Assembly (NCBI GenBank): GCA_964016885.1 | Contig: OZ024741.1 | Span: forward strand, 387,748,001-387,812,000 | DNA: 64,000 bases | Source: Eledone cirrhosa | Taxonomy: Eukaryota | Direction of reading: 5' to 3' | In this document: positions 59,801 to 64,000 of the stretch, one piece after another | Position numbering within the stretch: the stretch's first letter is position 1 | How the letters are laid out: each line of letters starts with the position of its first letter | Position numbers and translations under genes: made by a program | The notes under the pieces: generated by a model | The model's database searches: none | Seen by the model: only the letters and a program-made list of their open reading frames with translations | What the model was told of the DNA's origin: nothing

Positions 59801-60658
59801 CCAGTTTTGTGTTCACCTGTGACAACACTAGTACCAAACTGTATTGGCTTTTGTTTTTACTTTGGACAACATCGGTGACAGGAGACTTGCTGCATGGGTA
59901 ACTGCTGATCTCTTTAAAAATCCTTACACAGGCCTGTGTTCTGATGAAGGGCTTTCCAAGTAGAGCTACAGAGTCGACCCCGACTGATGTGGAGGTTTTA
60001 AAGAGGCAATCATTTCTTGTATGATGACATAATGAAATGTTAATACCTCCAGTAGCCAGAAGGGGCTTTTAAGGTTCAGTGATTCACCCTAGTTTCATGG
60101 TGTTAAGTAGATGTAACAAGTTTCCCTCTAGAGAGATCATTTGTCTGAGATTCTGATAGTTATTCCTGACAATTGTTATGTGGAATTAGTAGTTGGGGTG
60201 TTGGACTCATGATCTTGAGCTTGGGTTCAATTCCTGAAGCAGGTGGTACATTGAGTTCTTGAGCAACACATTTCATTCCATATTGCTTCTTGTAATGGGA
60301 TTTGGGCCCCCCTATTATTAAAACACCCAAGAAACTTTCTATAAGATACAACTTTAATATTTTTCTAATGTAGATTCATTACTAATTATCTTCTTTTCTG
60401 CCTAATCCAAATTTCACCGACTCTTAACCTTATAGGAACCTGTTAGGGATATTTGTTGTGTGATATTTCCTTTCATATTTAATTCAAATTTGTTTTTGTT
60501 TTTCTTGTGTTTAGGATTTGAGTCTTTTGAATCGAGAACCAAGGCCAGTTGGTCCTTCGCAGTTATCTGAAGATGAACAACACCAAGAAGCTGTACAGAA
60601 TCTAGTTGAAAGTTTTATTGGTGCTTGCTGTTTTCACCTCTGGAGCAGTATGCTGTAA
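1153..60658 (+). CDS. SZT2: SZT2-like (KICSTOR subunit) gene, 3' part; 17 coding exons, 5' end lies upstream of the window
   Basis: Exons join with consistent phases into 2871 nt (956 aa + TAA). Motifs match vertebrate SZT2 as I recall it: APRQRLLLL, WQNARAH..QKMGL.HH, LKQS.RL.HYCAT, HVHSF..DFHL, CRRD.LW.RL, C-terminal ACCFHLW. Confidence 0.88.
1520..1836 (+). mobile_element. SINE or RTE 3'-tail fragment with internally repeated subunits and (GAT)n tail; similar pieces at ~13865-14190 (-), 33725-34030 (-), 34930-35280 (+)
   Basis: Shares aacccatgcaagcatggaa...gatgatgat and cccagtccacactgtaa with the 3' UTR of the full-length RTE. Confidence 0.6.
2815..3340 (-). mobile_element. Unclassified LINE-like 3' end; related copies at ~43030-43490 and ~58880-59150
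   Basis: Three dispersed similar segments ending in (TAAA)n on the - strand. Confidence 0.45.
3393..3544 (+). CDS. SZT2: SZT2-like exon b (..THREFRF...NLFAPRQRLLLLQINDKK), phase 1->0
   Basis: Long poly-T tract + tag; AAG|gtgggt donor; APRQRLLLL motif. Confidence 0.88.
4042..4080. repeat. Perfect 15-bp-stem hairpin
   Basis: aggtgtagtcatggt / accatgactacacct with a 9-nt loop. Confidence 0.9.
4208..4256 (+). ncRNA. Degenerate type-I hammerhead-like motif, U3:A8 core
   Basis: TTGATAA-GATG..CATC-GAAA-CTGG-TT; stem I largely lost. Confidence 0.4.
4386..5070 (+). mobile_element. RTE LINE 3' fragment (family B), degenerate
   Basis: SFRYLG, MLHGSETW and GRP.KTW motifs with stops/frameshifts; (GAT)n-like tail. 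Confidence 0.9.
5430..5896 (+). mobile_element. RTE LINE 3' fragment (family B)
   Basis: MLHGSETW...RLRWYGHVMRM; ends in gatgatg. Confidence 0.9.
6002..6172 (+). CDS. SZT2: SZT2-like exon c (MTFFTYN...WQNARAHVLDCLVTQKMGLYHH...ALK), phase 0->0
   Basis: ttccag acceptor, AAA|gtcagt donor, lies within ORF 5957..6196. Confidence 0.88.
6197..6600. mobile_element. piggyBac-type MITE (TTAA TSD); related copies at ~33551-34111, ~56850 and ~63170-63850
   Basis: TTAA|CCCTTT ... AATGGG|TTAA termini. Confidence 0.55.
7393..7645 (+). CDS. SZT2: SZT2-like exon d (QNPYTQSNMDVDLLLM...QHGQQAQEIRTNYGR), phase 0->1
   Basis: ttcag acceptor, AG|gtaaaa donor, in frame with ORF 7417..7665. Confidence 0.82.
8545..9682 (+). 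mobile_element. RTE LINE, 5'-truncated (family B), with RT YADD and a frameshifted PHD-like finger
   Basis: GVHQGSVLSPLLF, LLYADD, C..WVHKRC..C.RC; (GAT)n tail; interrupts a - strand SINE. Confidence 0.92.
11271..11341 (+). CDS. SZT2: SZT2-like exon e (DIDKMFKLKELHAMWFSKNWAPIS), phase 1->0
   Basis: ctacag acceptor, TCA|gtaagt donor; supplies the required phase change. Confidence 0.82.
11601..11819. mobile_element. piggyBac-type MITE
   Basis: 14-bp TIR CCCTTTAGCATTTA / TAAATGTTAAAGGG (1 mismatch), flanked by TTAA on both sides. Confidence 0.8.
12030..13298 (+). mobile_element. Old RTE-clade LINE fragment (family C); 3' part also at ~58148-58520 (-)
   Basis: STADQIFTL, FADLEKAYDRV, EFAD, EYLG motifs with many stops; (GAA)n tail. 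Confidence 0.88.
13537..13704 (+). CDS. SZT2: SZT2-like exon f (EDIVHLLKQSTRLLHYCATPLLF...TKP), phase 0->0
   Basis: ttacag acceptor, CCA|gtgcgt donor; HYCAT motif. Confidence 0.85.
15098..15115 (+). CDS. SZT2: Candidate 18-nt micro-exon (ATVTKS), phase 0->0
   Basis: tgactaa branch-like motif, pyrimidine tract, ccag acceptor and gtaagt donor enclose exactly 6 codons. Confidence 0.6.
15263..16434 (-). mobile_element. Non-autonomous Helitron
   Basis: On the - strand: A|TC 5' end, GC-rich subterminal hairpin (cccgtgcaacactggg), CTAG|T 3' end, no TSD. Confidence 0.78.
16608..19375 (+). mobile_element. RTE LINE (family A), 5'-truncated, frameshifted sister of the full-length copy
   Basis: Highly similar to 26938-29752. 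TSD ATTACCC at 16601-16607 and 19376-19382; (GAT)n tail; deletions near 17137 and 18547 break the frame. Confidence 0.95.
20180..20376 (+). pseudogene. Decayed RTE APE-endonuclease 5' fragment that runs into the satellite
   Basis: Reads ..MDVCCVQGTR*R..GKKQCYKFFWIGNS versus VDVCCIQETRWR..GKKRCYKLFWVGND in the intact element. Confidence 0.8.
20377..22958 (+). repeat. 68-bp tandem satellite, about 38 copies
   Basis: Unit taggcaacagtcattggattagagggagtagatatattgttggcagtaaaggggatagtttcatagag with few recurrent variants. Confidence 0.97.
22994..23078 (+). repeat. 17-bp tandem repeat (ctataagagatatatta) x5
   Basis: Directly visible. Confidence 0.9.
23141..23403 (+). CDS. SZT2: SZT2-like exon h (RSRHSSGAS...WHKEIRKKFLSQYMQHLQSLGF...PKR), phase 0->2
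   Basis: Poly-T + acag acceptor, AA|gtaatt donor; ORF 23132..23407. Confidence 0.85.
24096..24638 (+). mobile_element. L1/Tx1-like LINE 3' fragment with AATAAA and (TTA)n tail
   Basis: Degenerate C-terminal peptide (MKEVVWWTRLKG), 3' UTR, AATAAA at ~24603 and simple-repeat tail. The clade assignment is tentative. Confidence 0.5.
24642..24852 (+). CDS. SZT2: SZT2-like exon i (..NNRQTLKK...QKTLPGGMILMELSF...NSQ), phase 2->0
   Basis: (TTA)n-cag acceptor, CAG|gtatgg donor; phase fits both neighbours. Confidence 0.85.
25444..29752 (+). mobile_element. Full-length RTE-clade non-LTR retrotransposon (family A)
   Basis: TSD AAAGAA (25438-25443 and 29753-29758), pyrimidine-rich 5' UTR, single long ORF, 3' UTR, (GAT)n tail. 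Confidence 0.95.
26154..29366 (+). CDS. RTE ORF: APE endonuclease + reverse transcriptase + PHD-type zinc finger, 1070 aa, uninterrupted
   Basis: APE motifs (TMNV, CIQET, AYAP, GDLN, VDYI, SQH), RT motifs (YRGIKL, QFGF, DLEKAFD, QGSVLSP, YADD, FRYLG), C-terminal LRWYGHV and GRPRKTW. Confidence 0.96.
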   Translation: MPKITTNSPHAAGRKGKAPSSLLRLRMANITPTSSTSPLPVPHPPNAIQNFRVGTMNVGTLKGRSNEVVEMLERKEVDVCCIQETRWRGGSARFIVGKKRCYKLFWVGNDNGLGGVGIMLAEKWVDKIIDVNRVNDRIIKIRLVLNRTTVTVISAYAPQSELPGAIKDSFYETLMLTTSQITDSDYIIIAGDLNGHVGQHCDSYDRIHGGYGFGTRNEEGSRILEFCDANILTICNTSFKIRDNHLITYRSGEHTSQVDYILTRRRDRVSVVNTKSLPHEECTSQHRLIISDLIVRMRRTRQQKRTILRRKIWKLKDPTARNKFKSILLDAFDSKEEHLELYNTEEQWEFLKANLLMAADEVCGWSRPIGRRRVTWWWNSKVEESIKAKKQAWKVWRDGGSREDYQVARREARKQVFFARREAEERKFKYVLQREDQKREVFRIASQCVKENRDIVGEKCVLNDDGVLAITDTDKKVAWKCHYERLLNEENKWEKDSLPHIDPIVGPAVLVEGSIISKAIKDMKTSKAAGPSEIVAEMLKTSGTVGHTMVTRIVNQVIQNGVVPKDWRSSIIINCYKGKGDALDRSNYRGIKLIDQVVKVTEKVIAQLIRERIDLDEMQFGFVSGKSTTDALFIVRQLQEKYLAKSKPLYLAFVDLEKAFDRVPRSIIWWALRKLGVDEWLVRAIHAMYKETVSKVRINNEYSEEFSVKVGVHQGSVLSPLLFIIALQAITVEFKTGCPWELLYADDLTLIAESMAKLEKKFQTAELEKKFQTWKHGLESKGLKINLAKTKVLVCRKENRAPVPSGKWPCSVCRKGVGRNSILCPKCKVWVHKRCSGITGKLTKNIDFTCGRCSGAISSSKCPQNTSSLNCTEGSIEIMDSFRYLGDKISSGGGCSESTVARVRTGWKKFRELIPLLAAKGFSLKMKGRLYDACIRTAMLHGSETWALCAEDIRILERNEACMLHWMCNSNIRERQSINELREKLEIRGIRCCLLERRLRWYGHVMRMKDDSCIKKCRAIKIDGSHGVGRPRKTWDDLINSDLTHLHLFKTMSLDRDLWRYSVIEKTRLT
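29753..30047 (-). mobile_element. tRNA-derived repeat interrupted by the RTE insertion; related copy at ~46550-46713
   Basis: The - strand reads ggtcccttggcttagtggtt...gggtttgattcc; its ends carry a ~40-bp direct repeat (aaagaatgat..cagagatgctataaaa). Confidence 0.5.
30146..30502 (+). mobile_element. RTE 3'-end fragment nested in a SINE
   Basis: WDEVIKADL..LW..VI.KTRL followed by 3' UTR and (GAT)n. Confidence 0.75.
30838..31062 (+). mobile_element. Abundant tRNA-derived SINE (Meta/MESC-like centre, (TTA)n tail); further copies at ~14586-14790(-), 23735-23950, 25105-25300, 31075-31290, 33069-33300, 41830-42170(-), 57538-57745, 61590-61795
   Basis: ggcggtggattgg..gagttcaaatccc head, then gcctttc.tcct..gtcgataaaataagtacca core; many copies in both orientations. 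Confidence 0.75.
31290..33026 (-). mobile_element. R4/Dong-clade non-LTR retrotransposon fragment (RT + restriction-like endonuclease), degenerate
   Basis: VNHLLFMD.LKLY RT motif, HD + KPDIV...IIDIACP endonuclease motif; many stops. Confidence 0.85.
33328..33541 (+). CDS. SZT2: SZT2-like exon j (LRLYFVDECD...HVHSFAHDFHL...RNYVHR), phase 0->1
   Basis: tttacag acceptor, AG|gttagt donor; HVHSF..DFHL motif. Confidence 0.9.
35381..35514 (+). CDS. SZT2: SZT2-like exon k (ARIQLTNL...QLYDYILKH...ELDL), phase 1->0
   Basis: Poly-T + ctacag acceptor, CTG|gtaaga donor. Confidence 0.85.
37680..38057 (+). mobile_element. RTE-like LINE 3' fragment (another family)
   Basis: YTKILR..NINW..LRFTGHCWR..RGRP; (GAT)n tail. 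Confidence 0.75.
38425..38716. repeat. ~18-bp degenerate minisatellite (tatatagtataggtggtg / tatatactataaatggtg)
   Basis: Directly visible. Confidence 0.85.
41095..41124 (+). CDS. SZT2: Candidate 30-nt micro-exon (LRFDYWNWKK), phase 0->0
   Basis: Long U-rich tract + ttcag acceptor, AAG|gtaagc donor, 10 codons without a stop. Confidence 0.62.
41494..41758. repeat. Fold-back element with a perfect 32-bp inner stem and a hammerhead-like core in one arm
   Basis: 41494-41580 pairs with 41673-41758, and 41609-41640 pairs with 41645-41676. The - strand carries TTGAAAA-GCAG..CTGC-GAAA-CTGG-TA. Confidence 0.85.
47040..47260. mobile_element. MITE with long imperfect TIRs
   Basis: atattatattatttatgtt..tacacggaacaaagg is mirrored at the right end. 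Confidence 0.75.
48341..48402 (+). ncRNA. Type-I hammerhead ribozyme candidate (Penelope-type minimal stem III)
   Basis: Stem I TATTTTAT/ATAGAATA, CTGATGA core, stem II ag.gtaccaaa/tttggtac.ct, GAAA, palindromic ATATATAT stem III, AUA site after 48394. U-U mismatch at the base of stem II. Confidence 0.6.
48461..49782. repeat. Spacer-less palindrome, 2 x 661 bp
   Basis: Centre at 49121/49122 (..gtattta|taaatac..). The mirrored ORFs 48549..48743(-) and 49500..49694(+) are identical. No mismatch seen by eye. Confidence 0.95.
49608..49729 (+). ncRNA. Hammerhead-like motif with extended stem II (mirror copy on - strand at 48514-48635)
   Basis: CTGAAGA at 49615, nested helices gtgaca/tgttac, tatcg/cgata and cttgc/gcaag, GAAA at 49712, palindromic ACATATGT, GUC site. 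Stem I pairs poorly. Confidence 0.5.
51661..52124 (+). CDS. SZT2: SZT2-like exon m (DLGLVQEKEYALV...LQLEFFLVLTS...VDAA), phase 0->2
   Basis: tttcag acceptor, AA|gtaagt donor; ORF 51670..52128. Confidence 0.85.
52143..52577 (+). repeat. 33/27-bp minisatellite, about 13-14 units
   Basis: tttgtacaacactgac(actaac)atctacctggg; starts ~18 nt after a splice donor. Confidence 0.95.
52643..53316. mobile_element. hAT-superfamily non-autonomous element
   Basis: TIR CAAAGGTTCTCAA / TTGAGAACCTGTG; 8-bp TSD ATTTAATA at 52635-52642 and 53317-53324. Confidence 0.88.
54335..54464 (+). CDS. SZT2: SZT2-like exon n (RKIERTVMSCMAKCRRDILWERLL...DEG), phase 2->0
   Basis: gacag acceptor, GGA|gtaagt donor; CRRD.LW.RL motif. 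Confidence 0.88.
54603..54836 (-). mobile_element. RTE 3' fragment (family B), antisense
   Basis: ORF 54547..54792(-) GRPCKTW..TRPTLASREKRT. Confidence 0.88.
55212..55468. repeat. ~70-bp degenerate tandem repeat x3 plus a terminal short duplication
   Basis: ggagtcattgctctcctagatgg.ttgcctt..tatggctt recurs three times. Confidence 0.7.
56571..56771 (+). CDS. SZT2: SZT2-like exon o (LLRLTFSEFEELM...RHFVNADGKIQCA), phase 0->0
   Basis: Very long pyrimidine tract + cag, GCG|gtatgt donor. Confidence 0.88.
57130..57375 (+). mobile_element. Possible Penelope-like 3' remnant: decayed GIY-YIG C-terminus followed by a degenerate hammerhead motif
   Basis: FNQRQVA*KLI..KP-like peptide, then CTGACAA..GAAA-ATCGAT-TA (palindromic stem III). 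Confidence 0.35.
58689..58757 (+). CDS. SZT2: SZT2-like exon p (VIVSPDYSDTCIQLTVNSAVVRA), phase 0->0
   Basis: ctag acceptor, GCT|gtaagt donor; its 23 aa fill the expected gap before the terminal exon. Confidence 0.75.
60515..60658 (+). CDS. SZT2: SZT2-like terminal coding exon (DLSLLNREP...ESFIGACCFHLWSSML*)
   Basis: tttag acceptor, TAA at 60656-60658; resembles the SZT2 C-terminus. Confidence 0.88.
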   Translation, partial: DLSLLNREPRPVGPSQLSEDEQHQEAVQNLVESFIGACCFHLWSSML

Positions 60659-60729
60659 TATGCAGAAATATTTGTTTTATATTTTTTCAGCAGGAACAGT
60701 GTGCACTGACAAAAACTGGTCTGTTGATC

Positions 60730-61075
60730 ACAGCAGTATGTACTAACATACACTGATGTATTGTGACAGAGCAATATGTACTGTCTATCATACACTGTCA
60801 GAATAGTATGTACTAACATATACCATCAGAGCAGTATGTATTGACATGCACTGATCTCTTCAATAGAGAAATATGTACTGATATACACAAGTTTATTCAT
60901 CAGGTCAATATGTACTGAGATACACTAATACATCTATCAGAGCTTTATGTATTGTCATTCACTGTCAAAGTGCTATGTATTGACATACACTAAAAGAACA
61001 GTGTGTATTGTCATACACTATCAAAACACTATATATTGACATTCACTGTCAGAGCAGTGTATACTAACATATATA
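60730..61075 (+). repeat. Degenerate ~28-bp tandem repeat in the presumptive 3' UTR
   Basis: Recurrent gcagtatgtact(g/a)acatacactg. Confidence 0.7.
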
Positions 61076-61173
61076 GTGACAGTTTCTAGTCATTATCAAA
61101 AGCATTATTATTGTTCTGTTGACCAGAGCAATATTTTACCCATGACATGCACTGGTATGTTGATGATCAGAAC

Positions 61174-61208
61174 AATAAACAAATCTATATTGACTCAAAC
61201 AAAATAAA
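61174..61208 (+). terminator. Candidate polyadenylation signals (AATAAA x2)
   Basis: AATAAA at 61174 and 61203, about 0.5 kb after the stop. Weak evidence in AT-rich DNA. Confidence 0.3.
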
Positions 61209-63374
61209 ATGACCTGCTCAGGGTCTGACTGTATGCTGGACATTTCATGGCAATCTGCTAGAATGTCTTTGCGAACACTCAACTTTCAACAACAACAACT
61301 TAAGTTCAAACTGAAGAGATTTAATGTAAAAGAAAATATTTTTTATTGTCTCAAAAATCTCTGAATGTTTTTTCATATTAATCCCAATCAAGTATTAAAA
61401 CAATACTGTCAACATTATCTTTCACATCTTGCTAAATTCACTGTTTACAATTTTTTTTATTTCCACATCTACACTATTTGCTATTCAGTCTGTGATTCTA
61501 TTTCTCAATGATGATTTTTTTTTCTTATATGTATATACATATATATATATTTAAATTACATCAGAATTGTTGTATATATATATATATTCAGTGGATTAGC
61601 AGGATCATTAGTGCATTGTGCAAAATGCCTTGCAATATTTGTTCTGTCTCTTTACATTCTGGGTTCAAATCATCCTTCCGGAGTTGATAAAATAAAGTAC
61701 CAGTCAAATATTAGCATCAGTATTATTGATTGTTCCCCTCACACCAAATTTCTGGTCTTGTGCCGCTGTTGGAAAACATTATTATTATTTATAAATCTTT
61801 TATGAGAAAAATGTTTGAAAATAATCATTCATATGCAATTCATCTCAAATCTTTCTCTTTTTTGTTATTTTTGCTAAAATATTTTGATTTTTAATTTTTT
61901 TCTATTAATTTAACAGATTTTTTTAATTTCGATATTCATTCACTGAAATCTTTGAGATTATTATAGTTTACTTTGTGATATTGTCTTGCCTTTAATTAAT
62001 AACAAAAAATATTATTTTTCAAAATGTCTCTTAATTTTTGGTCTAATAATGATCCTGGCATAGTGACAGTATTACTTGCTGTAAGGTTATGTATAATGGC
62101 ATCAGGAACTTTAAATCTGTTAGCTGCACATTTAAAACTCTGAATATTTGGTTAATTGTTTGAAAGAAATTACAACCAAATTATATTTGTAATAAACAAG
62201 AGAAAAACAACCCTATTGGTGCCATAAAACAATTTCTTTGTATATACTTAGAATATTTTTCAGAAAATATCAGATGTGTTCTCACATGTACAAAAGAACA
62301 ATAGATAAAACTGCCACTTTGATATCAGCTTTTAAGTTAAAAACTCTGTGTAAGTGGTGCTTAAAGGATTCGATACCTGCTTAATATAAAGAGGTAGACA
62401 AATAACCAGAAATTATCCTATGTCTAGTAAAGCATGTCTCTCTCCTCGTTGTATATCTTCTAATATCTTCTCAGGTGCTGTGACAAGATTTACATACGTT
62501 TTGAATTAAATGCTTTGATGGGAATTTTCTATTATATTTCATCTCTTTTCACCTTTGTATTTGCTTTTGAAACCCAATCCTAATCTGGGAAAATACTTCC
62601 TTCTAAATATTGTTTGTATTCAATTAATATTGCACAATATGCAAACAATACTTAAAGGGGATTAGCAGTGTTGTTGTTATTGTGAAAATCTTTTAAGTGA
62701 ATTAACAAATTGAATTTGGTTTCAAACTGAATAGAAACATTTTCAGGAAACAAAAACTAAATCTGCTCTAAATACTAATAGCTATATTTTTTATTCCATT
62801 CAAACAACTTTACTCTCTAATTTAATTTCAGTTGAAAATGCATTAAAAATGTTCTGTTATAGTAATATGCATGATCTATAAATTTTAATTGCATATTTTG
62901 GTCTTAAGAAATAATTTTTATTCTAGATATCAAAATCTAAGGAATCAATGTATGTTTTACAGATTTGTCATACCACTTATAGAATCATAGAATTAAATTC
63001 TCCAAATCTCTAAGAATTAGGCTGTAGAATTTATAAGAACATTGTTTTACATTGCAGATATTTTGGTTCATAGGTATAAATATGGTATCTGGTGGTGAAA
63101 TTGCAAAATATTTTGTTTTTTAGTTTCTAAGTCTTAGGTTCTGAAGCTTCTGAAAGCAAGACATTTCAGTCAAAACTTTTGATACCAACCCACATGAAAC
63201 CACCTCTGATTCTATGATACAAAACTGCTTCTTTTAAAGTGTCTTAAACCTTTCATCATAATTTTATTTCAGAGCATTTTGTTAAGTAATGTTCCAAACT
63301 TCAACTTAATAATGAAACAATTATATTACTAAATTCTTCCAAATATTTGATTATTTTCTAAATTAATTGAAACA

Positions 63375-63845
63375 AATTGACAGTGTATGGTAACAATTGG
63401 CAGTGTATTTTATCAGAAATATGGTTAAAAATTGGCAGTGTATTTTATTAGAAATATGGTAATAAATTGGCAGTGTATTTTATTAGAAATATGGTAATAA
63501 GTTGACAGTGTATTTTATTAGAAATATAGTAATAAATTAGCAGTGTATTTTATTAGAAATATAACAAATTGGCAGTGTATTTTATTAGAAATATGGTAAT
63601 AAATTGGCAGTGTATTTTATTAGAAATATGGTAATAAGTTGACAGTGTATTTTATTAGAAATATAGTAATAAATTAGCAGTGTATTTTATTAGAAATATA
63701 ACAAATTGGCAGTGTATTTTATTAGAAATATGGTAATAAATTGGCAGTGTATTTTATTAGAAATATGGTAATAAGTTGACAGTGTATTTTATTAGAAATA
63801 TAGTAATAAATTGGCAGTGTATTTTATTAGAAATATGGTAACAAA
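63375..63845. repeat. 35-bp minisatellite with a 137-bp higher-order unit, inside a piggyBac-type MITE end
   Basis: aattggcagtgtattttattagaaatatggtaata; the 35/35/32/35 variant order is repeated. Confidence 0.9.
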
Positions 63846-64000
63846 AAGATTAATAAAACAAGCCATCAACTTTTTGATACTCAAACACATTTTAATTTCC
63901 TGCAATTTTTGATACATGAATGTTTTGTATTTAATTTTTTGATATCTCAATGAAATATTTATTTTAATTATATAATGTAACTTTTGTTGATTCCTATTTC

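Noticed and set aside
59941-59997. CTGATGA motif as a hammerhead
   Set aside because: No downstream stem II-GAAA; it lies within a SINE-like repeat.

Overview
AT-rich, repeat-dense eukaryotic (animal) genomic DNA. The repeat set (RTE and R4/Dong LINEs, tRNA-derived SINEs with (GAT)n/(TTA)n tails) suggests an octopod-type cephalopod, but that is inference. By hand I can thread 17 phase-consistent GT-AG exons on the + strand (1153-60658, 956 codons plus stop). They encode the C-terminal part of an SZT2-like protein (KICSTOR scaffold) and include two frame-preserving micro-exons (18 and 30 nt). The introns hold: one full-length RTE retrotransposon with an intact ORF (APE-RT plus an embedded C4HC3 PHD-type finger, 6-bp TSD); a 5'-truncated sister copy; many older RTE, R4/Dong and L1/Tx1-like fragments; a Helitron; hAT- and piggyBac-type MITEs; and SINEs. 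The most unusual signals are: (i) several short non-coding insertions that combine fold-back junctions with Penelope-type hammerhead motifs, two with a U3:A8 core, and one forming a spacer-less 1,322-bp palindrome; (ii) a 2.6-kb, 68-bp satellite amplified from RTE endonuclease coding sequence; (iii) a retroelement tail sitting directly in a splice acceptor. All calls come from reading the sequence and from remembered family motifs. No database searches or folding programs were run.
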